A stretch of DNA of 64,000 nt from Phallusia mammillata (taxonomy: Eukaryota): NCBI GenBank assembly GCA_965637545.1, contig OZ281499.1, positions 806,001 to 870,000 on the forward strand. Direction: 5' to 3'. Below, piece after piece: positions 24,144 through 35,382 of the stretch. Made by a program: the position numbers and the translations under genes. The notes beneath the pieces are model-generated. The model made no database searches, was not told where the DNA came from, and worked only from the letters and a program-made list of their open reading frames with translations. The first letter of the stretch is position 1, and each line of letters opens with the position of its first letter.

Positions 24144-24663
24144 ATGGCTTCCGTTTGTTGATTGGAAAGGATTAAGTTGGCTACAGATGACCTGACTGCG
24201 TAAACGTCATCAGAGAATGCCTACATTTGATCCTTTCCAACCGACATTTACGAAAGTCATGTTTTTTTATTCACAGTTAACACAGCTGGCAGTCATTCCG
24301 CAAACAACCATGACTATAGTAGTTTTCTTAACACACTACTCAGCTCACAAGGTTTGTTGTTTGTTACTATTACCTGGCTGTGATAAATTATAACAAATTA
24401 AAGTATGTATAAAACCATAACTTTTGCGGCATGATAAATTTTATTTTGCAATAAAGCCGGAGTATTTTGACAACCCTGCAACTTTCTCGTTGCTTTTTTA
24501 CTTCCACAGATTCTTTTTTCACATTGTAACAAAATCTTCTAATAATTTGGTAAAAAATGAACTAAAAAAAATGAATTTTCAACATTTAAATTGAATTTTT
24601 TTTACATTTGCACAAATAGTCATCAACATATTCAGCAATTGTGTACAAAGTCAAAATCTAAAT

Positions 24664-27600
24664 TTACCAAAAATCTGGGTTTTCCAATCTCCGCTCAGTT
24701 TCTTCAAACCATTTGCTTTGTCGTGCATCAACGTATTCAAGTACATCCTCCTTTTCCAATGTTTTGAAAACTTTGGTTGCTTTATTGTAATACCTCATTG
24801 CTTCATTGAGTCGTAAAGTTTCCTCACAAACAATACCAAGATTGTTCAACAAGCGACTGTAAATTGGATGCGTTGAACATGTATTTTCAAACTTTGATTC
24901 CAAAAGTTCAAGTCCAAGTTTTAATGTTGTTTCGCTCGCTTCGAAATCCCCAATGTAACGTTGACTCAATTCAATGTCAAGCAAACACTCAACCTCCATT
25001 TCACATCCAATTTTTTCGTCCATTTGAAGGGCGCGGATTTGCTGAATCAAATCACGCATCAGTGGGATCACGTGATTGCGCACGATTTCTCTGTTTCTCG
25101 GCTTCGATAATAAATCAGATTTTTCCATCAAAAGACCGATTGTGTTGGGAATTTTTTCTGCACACTCCACCACACTTTTTACTACAGCGTAGCCATGTTT
25201 TTTTTTCACATATAAATCTGCGGCAATACTAAACATCAAAATGGCTTCTAAATAATTGCCTTCATTTTGACGTTTTGTGGCTTCGACTTCAAAGTCTTTC
25301 GCAGTGAACGCTTGCCTTTGGCATATCCTTAGAAGTTGTTGTTTAGTCGTTTTAGCTTCGTCATACTCTTTTGTTTTCAATAAATCAACATAATATCGGA
25401 CCAATTGATTGAAGTCGTCAATTTCATCTATGAACACAAATCGAAGCGTTTAAATTAGCGTTTAAAATTGTTTAAATTAAATAGTAAAAATATTAAAAAA
25501 ACATCAGAACAAAACTTGGTAAATGCCGATAAGTGGCGTAGTTTCAAAAGGATCCCTAATTTATAAAGTTTATACCAACGAGTCAAACCGCTTGTCATGC
25601 AGGTTTAGGTGCGATTCGGGTTTACCATTTATTGTTTTAAGGGGTTCGGGTCGTGTTGTGTTCCGATTCAGACAAATTACCCGGTCAGAACCGGTTCTCG
25701 GGTTTTATACAGGTTTAAATCTACTTTTTAACAGATCTTGTTTTACAATTTCTTAAAGTTAGCTCAAGTATTTTAGAATCGATAATTTGTGTGGTTTCGA
25801 TTACAAAATATTGCAGACTGCCTTGTAGTTCAGTTCTGGATCCGGCTCAACTTATATAAAATATAGGGTTCAATTCCGGTTCAGATTAAAAAAAAGTGTT
25901 ATTTACAGTTCAGGTTAGGTTCGGTTTTAAATTTTTTTTCCTAACGACTGAAGTATGTTGCACCGTTTGCAACAGTAAAAAACATTGCATCAGCAAATGC
26001 AATTGTTCATTATTGAATTTCTTTGTTCAATTTATTCAAAAATGTGAATAATTGATTTACCTGTAGTTTGCTGTGGTGATTTGCTGGAATGGGAACTTTC
26101 CTCTGTAGATTCGGTGGAGCGTTGGACTCCGGTATTTGCAGGATTGCTGGAATCTAAACACAAAGGTGACCTTAGAATGCGCTTAGCACTTTTTTACAAC
26201 ATTAGATTCTTATTCCATCTACAATCTTTCTTTGCTTTTATTTTTACCAAGGTTAGCACGTAAGAGATATTTCTGGTTAAACGGAGTAAAATTGTTTAAA
26301 CAGGGTTCGGCAACCTTTTTTGCACAGCAGACCGGTTTGAAAATGAAATTTATTATGGACCGCTCTTTAAAAACCACAAATGTTCAGCACTGAAAACTGA
26401 TTACAGTTATTTCAACTTTGAATCAATGTGAACCTTGAGTAAGTTTATTACGACCCTGTAACAATCTCCTCACGGACCGGCACCGTGCATTGGTTTAAGG
26501 TTTCTCGACAAATATTGACTTTACGACAAAGTGCCAGTCGTTTGTCTTGTACCCATTGTAGCTCGCCATGCGTGTAGATGGGACTTTTTAATTTTGCAAT
26601 GTGAATGAATAAACTTAAAACGTAAGATTTCCAAAAATACCGCACATCTGCACATCCCAAATTAATTAGTGAATTGATTGACAGTTGAAGGGCATTGCTA
26701 AGCGTGCATGACAACAAAAAAATTCTTTAGCAAACACCAAATTCGGGTGTCGTTAGGGAGTGAAAAAGTAAAATATGCGTTTGCAAAGCCAGGGTCTGGA
26801 ATACCACAGCACACTATATACTTAAATAATCCTGTGCAACGTGTAACTTGGTGATTGGTTTACCTGCAGGTTGCTGTCGTGATGTGCTGCTGGAATGAGC
26901 GATTTCCTCTCGTTGGGAAGAGGTGTCATCACCGTGTCTGATGGGAGCTAACCAAAAAAGAAACGAAACGTTTTTGTAAAAACGGAAACTAAAAAAGTGT
27001 TATATACAGACCAACAACGAAAACATATTATGGACAACTACAATTCAACAAGTAAACTATATAACCGGTTTCCTAGTATGCAGATTTCCCCTTGTTAAAG
27101 TAAAAAAAAATTTAGATCAGGCAATTTCATTTTTGAGGCGTATGTACAAATGTTCTGTATAACATGGGTGATAACAAAAGTTCAGAATACATCGAAAACA
27201 ATCATATGTCAGTTGTAAACAAAAAAATGAAGGATATTTAACTTCATGAGATTTGTCAACAAATTTGTTATTTAAAACAAATAATACCTGATGTTTCACT
27301 TAATCTTATCTTTTTGGGAGGATTAGCACCAGAAAGCTTTTGAAATTTTGAAGAAGTTCGTTTCAATCCGGGAGCTGAGTTGTCCCCTTTACAAAAAAAA
27401 ATATTTAAATAATTAAAATTTATGACGTGTAAGTTAACCTTCAGTAACCTCTTAAACATACAGAAGCAATTGAATAACAGTGATATTTTACAAATCGTTT
27501 TTAGATTTGTTCTTATGATTGGGTTTGTTTTGTTTATTTTTGCGACGTCAAACTGCTTTTGACCATCTTTCAAATCGCTCAAACGCGGTTGTATAAATAA

Positions 27601-30600
27601 TCCAATTCAATGCTACATGTGCAATACGAGATGACAGGGCGGTAGGTGGTCAGAGGCGCAAAAAGTCGGGGAGATAGGAAGAGGTGGACATGCATGACTG
27701 GTGACACGTGGTTCGCACGCTAAAAGTTTAGCACTGGTTGTAAACAAGCGTTGGTTCTTGTATCGTTTGGTAATTTTTCTTACCAAGGAGCTGCAATCTG
27801 CTACTGGTGGGAATTTCCCCTTGCTGAGAAGAAGATGGTATTTGCTCTTGAGCGCCCTCTCTTGATTCACGCGCGTGCTGCTGTGATGATTCGCTGGAAT
27901 GGGAACTTTCCCCTGCAGCGTTTGTTGAACGTTGGACTCCGGTACTTGCACGCCTGCTGTAATCTAAACACAAAGGGTGAACTTAGAATGCACTTAGAAC
28001 ATGTATGTGTTTGTATTCCGCTAGTTGGCGCAAACACAGTCTAATAGCTTTTCAATTTTCTATACCTAGGTGCTGAGGTTGGGGGGTTTCCCTTGAAACT
28101 TCCACAGATGATGTTTTCGGTTGTGTGATTTCTATGGATGTATTGGCCTCCCCACTCTCTGTTCGTCCGATGGAATCCAAACATTTAAATAAAATTGTTG
28201 GTCACAGTAAGCAGCTGCTAACTTTATGTGAAAAAGTTCAAACAAGTCAATGTATCTCATACCCGACTGCCGTGGCCTGCTACTGGTGGGAATTTCTCCT
28301 TCATGAGAAGAACGTTGCTCTGGGGCACCCGCTGGTGGTTTGGTAGATTGTTCCACTATGCCGCTAGATGTAGTAGACGGCACTAAAAAGGTAATCAGTT
28401 TGTTTGTAAAGAATACTTTTGTTTGTGGTGTTTAATATGAAAGTTTACCTTCAAAACGTCTGGTTCTTGGTGAGAAATAATGAAGCGGGACGCGTTGACT
28501 TTCGTTGGTGGATGGTTGGTTGACAACCATTTTCCTGGCAACACTTGCTACTTGAGAAACTAGGTTTTCAGGGTTTTGCTTTTCCAACAGATGTTTCAAT
28601 TCTTCACTTATCTCAGTCATTGTGGGACGTTTTGTGGGATCTTGATCCCAGCATCGCTTCATCAGTAGCTGGAGTTGCTCTGCGATTTCTCTGTCTTCAC
28701 CGACCAAAGTTTGCATCCAATCCTGTATTTCCTGGCAGTCTGGTCTTTTTCCGTTCTCGACAAGTTCTAACAACTTTCTTCGGTGTTCGCCTTCCAGATG
28801 TGGATAGGGAGTTTTACGAGCAAGAGCCGAGAAAGTTATCATAGCAAAAGAATACACGTCGTGTTCCTTCCTCGGTTTCGTAGTGGGGTCCTTCAATTTC
28901 TCGGGAGCAGTGTAGTAGGGAGTGAATTGGGGCCTTTCTTTCTTGCTTCGTGCCAAAGCATCCAAAGTTACCGTAGTACTGCAAGTTGCCAGTTCTGCGG
29001 AACCAAAGTCGCCAACCTTGCATTGAAGATCTTCAGTAAGCAAAATGTTTCCAGGTTTTAAGTCCTGATGAATTAAACGTTTGTCGGGCAAATTGTGACA
29101 GAAAGCCATTGCTGTTGCTATTTCGTATAAAATGCGAACGCACACTGCAAGGCCCAGTTCTTTGGATGTATCCGTCAGTAAAGTTTCTAAATCTCCACCT
29201 TTGCAGTATTCCATCACAATTCCCATTGCAAACGACCATTGGACGTAGCCGAAAATTCGAACAACATTTTTATGATCTGCTTTCAGCAAGTGTTCCATTT
29301 CTTCATGAAACCTAAAGAATATATCGATAAATATAGCTATTGTAGTTTTTGTATGTGACAAATCCTACATTTTCACAACCAGTGACTTTTTGTCACCAGC
29401 CACCTCAAATACTTTGATGACAACTTCTTTCTTTAACCCATTGTGGTATCCAAATATAACATCCCCGAAACCTCCTGAACCGGCCTCAAACTTCTCAAGG
29501 TCACACGTGATGTCGCCACAGTCCAATTTTCGTAGCTTTACAAAAGCAAAACAAGTTTTAAATCTCCCATGCTTTAACCCGTTGGCACTTTATGCTTAGG
29601 CGTCCACCCCTTCTAGTAACACTGCGGTTATCGTAGCGTACGCCTACACAAGTTTGCTAAATAACAAGCTCGACGCCATTTGAGCTACTGTAACAACTGT
29701 CGATGACCATACTACATATATTTATTGTTACCTATTTCAGATATGAAAAACCGTTTGACTATAAATTGAATAATAGTTTGTTAGTAAACATGATTTTGCA
29801 GCTTGGAAGTCACGACTGCTTAGGATGGTGTTGTTAAGACCAGTGCTTTTTAACTGGTGTGCACGGTGCACCCTCGGGTGCACCAGTAAGAAAAGGTATA
29901 CAAGGGTGCATCACAAACATTTGATGAACCATTAATATTTGACTTTTAGAAAATTACAAAAAAGATGTAGGTTTCAACTAATGTATAAATGAACCTCTGT
30001 ATTTGAAAAACGTTTTGTGCAGAGTGCGGATTGACGTAAATTTATGTCAAAAGTTTTTGATTAAAAATGGGGCCGATGTCGGTCGATGTGTTGATCGGCA
30101 GATAAAAATATCGCGCAGGTTTAAGCTGCAGCTTGATACGTGATAAAGGTAGGCCAACACTCGCTCATTTCTACGAGACTTAAGTCTTAATTGAGCGCCC
30201 GAAATCGGCCAAGCGCTAAACCAGACAGAAAGAAATGAAACAAAGAAACTAACGCAAGGTTTGTGGCCCGCGCTACACAAACAGTAGGCTAAACGGGCCT
30301 TTACAAACAACCATTAATATGTACTCATCGTCCCAACCCTATGCAATGGTCTGTTATAGCTGAATATGTATAATGAAGGAACATAACGACCCAAATAGAC
30401 GTAAAAAGCGACATGCTTTATTATTCAGACGTTTCGGCAAACACTCATGCAATCATTGATTATACATGTGTTTTTCTGTATTAACAATTATATTTTATCC
30501 CTATTTTTAAATTATCCTTAACAGTATTGGGCAAAAGCAACAACCCCATTTATATAGGTTTGTTAAAGTTATAATAAAGGTCTAGTAAAACAACTAAAGT

Positions 30601-30643
30601 TGTAAAGTGTCGAGATTTCACTTACTTTGTTTGTTGAAGCCAT
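24664..30643 (-). CDS. RIPK-like (TKL group) Ser/Thr kinase with low-complexity linker and C-terminal TPR-like helical domain, 9 predicted coding exons, about 793 aa
   Basis: Predicted exons 30643-30626 (MASTNK), 29535-29369, 29311-28449, 28382-28263, 28158-28066, 27963-27784, 26947-26864, 26153-26061, 25427-24664. All are GT-AG and phase-consistent with no stops. Kinase motifs: GSGGFG, VVIK, alphaC EE, HQDLKPGN, DFG, YTAPE, DVYSF. Last exon has TPR-like YSRLLNNLGIVCEETLRLNEAMRYYNKA. Confidence 0.8.
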
Positions 30644-31069
30644 TGTAAAATCATTCACAATTTTACTGAATATTTTCTCTACTTTTCTATTGCTTTGCTA
30701 CAAACAACAAGAAATAGATTTTAATAAATCTTCAAACGAATTTCCTCTCGCACAAAATTCTACCTGGCAAACTGCTATCGATCGAAAAGGTTGGAATTGG
30801 AATCAGCCATAAAATTAGTAAAATATTAACTTTCCACCTGAGAGCGGCGCTTGTCGCTCTTTTGATGAGCATAACTTTAACTAGTACTGCTTAATTATCT
30901 TTAACCAGTTTTAAAACAAGTTTTTACAACCAATACTTTTAGGCTTTTCGCGGCATCACTGCATCATGTGGTGGAATAATCTTTAAAACCTATTTCAATC
31001 GTTGTTATTGTCGGTCCATGGCTAACTAGATGAACATAAATTCATAACTGGGATCAGTTCTGAAGCGTC

Positions 31070-31260
31070 TATGCAGATCAGCGATCGCTATCTAGGACAG
31101 ACTGCTCGTTTTCAGCAGTTTTGTGCGCTTTGTTTACAGGGGGATTCACCCGGTAATAAAACTCAAGACAGGGCCCTTGGGGGAAAAATGTGCTGGTGGC
31201 TCGTGCTAGCAAGTTTCCGGGCCTCTACTCGAACAACAGTCAGAACTAGATCGGCCTTTA
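31070..31260 (-). promoter_or_regulatory. Putative promoter of kinase gene 1
   Basis: About 500 bp upstream of the predicted ATG exon; GGGGATTCACCCGGTAA at 31140-31156; block conserved with 41160-41345. Confidence 0.45.
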
Positions 31261-31657
31261 ATTGTATCAAAAAATAAAACTAAAATGCTATGATTCCTCC
31301 TTTTATCTGTGTGGCTTTACAATTACGTTAATGTATGAAATGTAAATTAATATATACCTTACTACCCATCATCATTTTAACTTTAGTTTCCACCAATTCA
31401 TTTGCGCCACTGTTTTATTTACATATTATCCACATAATTATCACAAAATATAAAAAAATACTTTTGTTCAACAATAACGGCGCAAAAAGTAAAAGGAAAT
31501 TAAGAAGTCATTATTATGTGCAGCTATGCATAGTTTATACACATGAAAATATTTACAAATGATGTTACATCAATGGGTATTGGTTCTGTGCGATTTATGC
31601 CAAGAAGACCTTAGAAGATAAGAGGTCAAGGCTCGCGCTACACTTGGATGCTTTCTT

Positions 31658-32287
31658 TTTTTTTTTTTTTTTTTTTTTTTTTTATTAAAAATTATTAGAG
31701 GCCCCGACCCCGCCTCAACATGTGACGACCGGCCGATAATAAAATTATCTTGTCGCCTCCATAAAACAAGGGCATGTTTATCCCCACAAGTTAACTAAAA
31801 CAGTACGAAAAAAAACTTAGTGCGCGGCAGGACGATGTAGAACATTTTATCATTATTTCAAAAGTATTGGTTAAGTTTACACAAGTGTAAAAGAGGGGGG
31901 ATATTTTAACAAAGGCATGATAATTAAAAACATAGAATGTCAACACATGGCACATTTTCATATACTACTCGTAACACAATATGTACAACAGCAAGTATAA
32001 CGGACATGTTATAATTAGACAACGGTGAATCTGTTCTTTACGTGGCTGCGTGAAAGTAGTCCGTGTCTAGACCGAATTTTACTTCAGTATAGTTTTCGCC
32101 GTATTTTTGGACAAAAGTTTGTATTTCTGTTTTGAATTTGGTAAAGATTTTGGCAGCAATTTTGTTTACAAATGAATTAGTATTATCAAGGTATTTATTA
32201 AGCAAATCTAATACTTGCTTTTCTTTAATAATTTTGGATCGCCAGATTGTAATTAATTTAATTTGCCAAAGAGGTATGTCCGAATTG
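31658..32287 (-). mobile_element. 5'-truncated poly(A)-tailed non-LTR retroelement, L1/Tx1-like 3' end
   Basis: About 28-nt poly(T) on plus preceded on minus by AATAAA; 13-bp TSD TGGATGCTTTCTT at 31645-31657 and 32288-32300; ATG-less open frame of about 80 codons (DIPLWQIKLITIWRSKIIKEK...FHAAT*). The clade call is tentative. Confidence 0.75.
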
Positions 32288-32449
32288 TGGATGCTTTCTT
32301 ACACAGGCGGGTTCAGTTAGTAACGGCAAAAACTTGTGTGCTGTGGTGGTGGTTTGCCAGTTGATTTTGTACCTCACCATTTACCACGTGAAAAAAGGGA
32401 ATGGTAAAAGAAAGGTGCCTTTTTAAAAAAAATTAACGTGTTTGTTATT

Positions 32450-33235
32450 CACTCATCATGAGTTGATTATTCACACATAACGAGTTGATCGTTTACTCAT
32501 CACGAGTTAATCACGCAGTGATCATGCACTAATCACGAGTTAATCACACATTGATCACGAGTTGGTCATGCACTAATCACGAGTTGGTCATGCGCTGATT
32601 ACGAGTTCACACAGTGATCACGAACTGAGTATACCTGTTGATCATGCACTAATCACGTGTTAATCACGCACTGATCGCGAGTTAATCACACATTGATCAC
32701 GAGTTGATCATGAACTACTCACGAGTTAATCACACATTGATCACGAGTTGATCATGCACTAATCACGAGTTAATCACGCATTGATCACGAGTTGGTCATG
32801 CACTAATCACGAGTTAATCACGCATTGATCACGAGTTGATCACGAACTGAGTATACCTGTTGATCATGCACTAATCACGTGTTAATCACGCATTGATCAC
32901 GAGTTGATCATGAACTACCCACGAGTTAATCACGCATTGATCACGAGTTGGTCATGCACTAATCACGAGTTAATCACACACTGGTCACGAGTTGGTCATG
33001 CACTAATCACGAGTTGGTCACGCGCTGATTACGAGTTAATCACACACTGATCACGTGTTGATCACGAACTGAGTATACCTGTTGATCATGCACTAATCAC
33101 GCACTGATCGCGAGTTAATCACGCTTTGATCACGAGTTGATCATGAACTACTCTCGAGTTAATCACGCATTGATCACGAGTTGGTCATGCACTAATCACG
33201 CATTGATTACGTGTTGATCATGCACCAATCACGTT
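32450..33235. repeat. Minisatellite of about 10-bp units (GATCACGAGT/TAATCACGCA-like) with a 222-bp higher-order period
   Basis: Continuous ATCAC/ATCAT-based units; marker GAACTGAGTATACCTGTT recurs at 32622, 32844 and 33066. Confidence 0.9.
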
Positions 33236-33908
33236 ATTTTACTTGTGAAAACTTGTTATTTGTGTCCTGGTTTCAAAATGCGAAAAATATTATCCACTTT
33301 GCCGAATATATTTTCTGATGCCGTTGGTGATGGTTTCAGAACATAAGCCACTATTAAGTGCTAAAAATAATTTGAAACCAACTAAGACAAATTTGCATTT
33401 CGTTACTGACTGTCTTAAACTCTTCAATTTTTCACTTTTCTACCTGATTGTTTAAAAAAACAGGTTAAGAAACCTTGCTTTTTAGGAGATTAACAGGTCA
33501 AGAAAATAGTGTCCATTGCTCAATACTGCAAGATTTGATCAGATTTAGAAAAAAATACTGCAAAAAAAAAGTTCTTAAACGGAAACACCAAAAATCTGTC
33601 AGCACCATAAACAAAGTTTTAATTGAGTCTGACAATGACAATACCCATTGGAATGTATTTTGTAACTTACTTCAGCATGAGCAAAGCGAGTAAGGAAGTC
33701 AATTAATTCGCACAATATGTACAATTTACAAAACGTCATGCAAAATTATCGAATCACATCACAGTAAAACTGTGCAAAAGGATTTACAAAACTTTATAAA
33801 ACAACATATCCTTTTGCGAAAAACTTGAAATGCCGTCGGTAAAAATTTAAACTGCATTCCAGCTATACTCTGTGATTTGTTTTTTGTCGTAAGATTGTTC
33901 ATAAATCA

Positions 33909-34632
33909 CTATTTGTACGACAAGAGATAAGTAGGATAAGCACTTGCATGTCGAAATACAATATACAAGCCTGGATTGGAAACATTATCAACGACGCTGT
34001 CAAATGGTGTCCCGTCACTCTGCATTGGAGCAAAAGACATACGCCGGTTTCCTTGGCAGTACGCCCCAGTCACAACTTCGACCAAAAACATGCTTCTCTC
34101 TCGTCGAGCATTTGGTTTTGTGTATTTTTGTGAATACTTTGCACTTACTGCAAAGTAAACGCCTCTTCGAGACCTACTTGCTGAAAAAAACACGATTTAA
34201 ACCGTATAAAAAATGTTCCTAGCGTGGTTTTAATTGCTAAAAAAATGAACTGGAATTTTACCATTTTTTCCCGCAAAGCTTCTACCGAAACCGTGTTGCA
34301 AGATTTTATCACAAGTTGCTACGTCAGTTCCGTGAAAGAGTTGCTGAGTAACATTAGTAGTTTGCATTTTTGTTTCGATTCTGTTTTTGTGTGCCTGATA
34401 TTGTCTCCATAGTGTCGGGTTCTGTATTCGATTCAGCTAAACAGCAAGTTTGTTTTAGTCATTTTGTACATTTCCAGGCAAAAATACTTTAGATTTACCC
34501 GAACGCGATAATAATGTGGCATTGTGGATTGAAATATTTGAAGAACAGTTTTGTATTCAGTAGAATTTGCTGACACTGGTACACATTTCCACTGTTGACC
34601 ACCCATGTTCTCCCACGTTGCCGGCAGTTGAC
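33909..34632 (-). CDS. PARP catalytic domain, PARP14/15-like mono-ADP-ribosyltransferase (H-Y-L triad)
   Basis: Exons 34632-34499 (QLPATWENM...STEYKTVLQIFQSTM), 34436-34262 (LNRIQNPTLWRQY...LFHGT...GFGRSFAGKN), 34180-33909 (GVYFA...FDSVVDNVSNPGLYIVFRHASAYPTYLLSYK*). Phases 1-0, 0-1, 1-stop are consistent. The ORF track shows only the last exon. Confidence 0.88.
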
Positions 34633-35382
34633 CTAAAATCAGTTTGGTATCAAAATTACGAAATAATAACCAAGATATTAGGGCGTGGCGGTTTCTACGT
34701 TGTTTCTAAAAGAGGGAGGGAATCATTGACAGCATGGCATATTCACCAATTGACATGGGTAGGAAAAAAACAAAAACTTTATCTTGGATTAGTGTTCAAA
34801 CCCAAATTTTTGTGTTACCTTATAGTACAAGGATTTAAAACAGCAGCGTTCATCCCCGCACTGTTGAGACAATTTTTGTTTCATAACTATTTCCATGTCA
34901 ACGTTTATAAAAACAATGTTTAATTAAAAATTCTACTGGCTATTGTATATTGGTGAAATACAAGTTTAATGGCAAGAAGGCAATTGTATCATAGTAAGCT
35001 ATGCCTGTCAGCAACATCAGTTAACATTTAATTCTTTTCAATTTCAACTCAATAAAAGTTTAAAAAGACCCATGCAACACGAGATACTGGTAAGAATTTG
35101 CAAAGCGCCTTACTACACTCCTAAACTTAAAACTAAGAACCCAGAAACACACCAAAGTACAACTAGCAGCAAACGGAAACCTGTGAAACCACGTACTGCA
35201 TGATACATTTAAATGTTCAATTAATGTACAAAATGATTATATATCCTTTAATTTTAAGGTAGCTTTGAAAGTAACAAAATGGACTCCGGTACTTGCAGGA
35301 TTGCTGGAATCTAAATACAAAAGGGTAAGTTAGAATCCGCTTGAGACTTGTTTGGGCGCAAACACAGTCGAATTTTTTATAC

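Larger units (their letters stand above)
27960..33380. repeat. Kinase-gene duplication, copy 1 (homologous to about 35280-42740)
   Basis: Shared exons, introns, 5' region (30180-31560 vs 40215-41640) and distal block (33240-33380 vs 42520-42740). Confidence 0.8.

Noticed and set aside
23912-24161. Nearly identical peptides on both strands
   Set aside because: Artefact of the DNA palindrome, not coding.
27809-27818. Perfect kappaB sequence GGGAATTTCC (also 35597-35606)
   Set aside because: Lies inside coding linker exons, where it is explained by the GEIP codons on the minus strand.
26061-28382. RHIM motif in the kinase linker
   Set aside because: No (I/V)Q(I/V)G core found in the spliced linker translation.
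32450-33235. CRISPR-like regular repeat
   Set aside because: No unique spacers and a eukaryotic context; it is a satellite.
34567-34923. Plus-strand ORF with a kinase-like ILGRGGFYVV glycine loop
   Set aside because: Overlaps the PARP exon in antisense and has no other kinase motif; probably chance.
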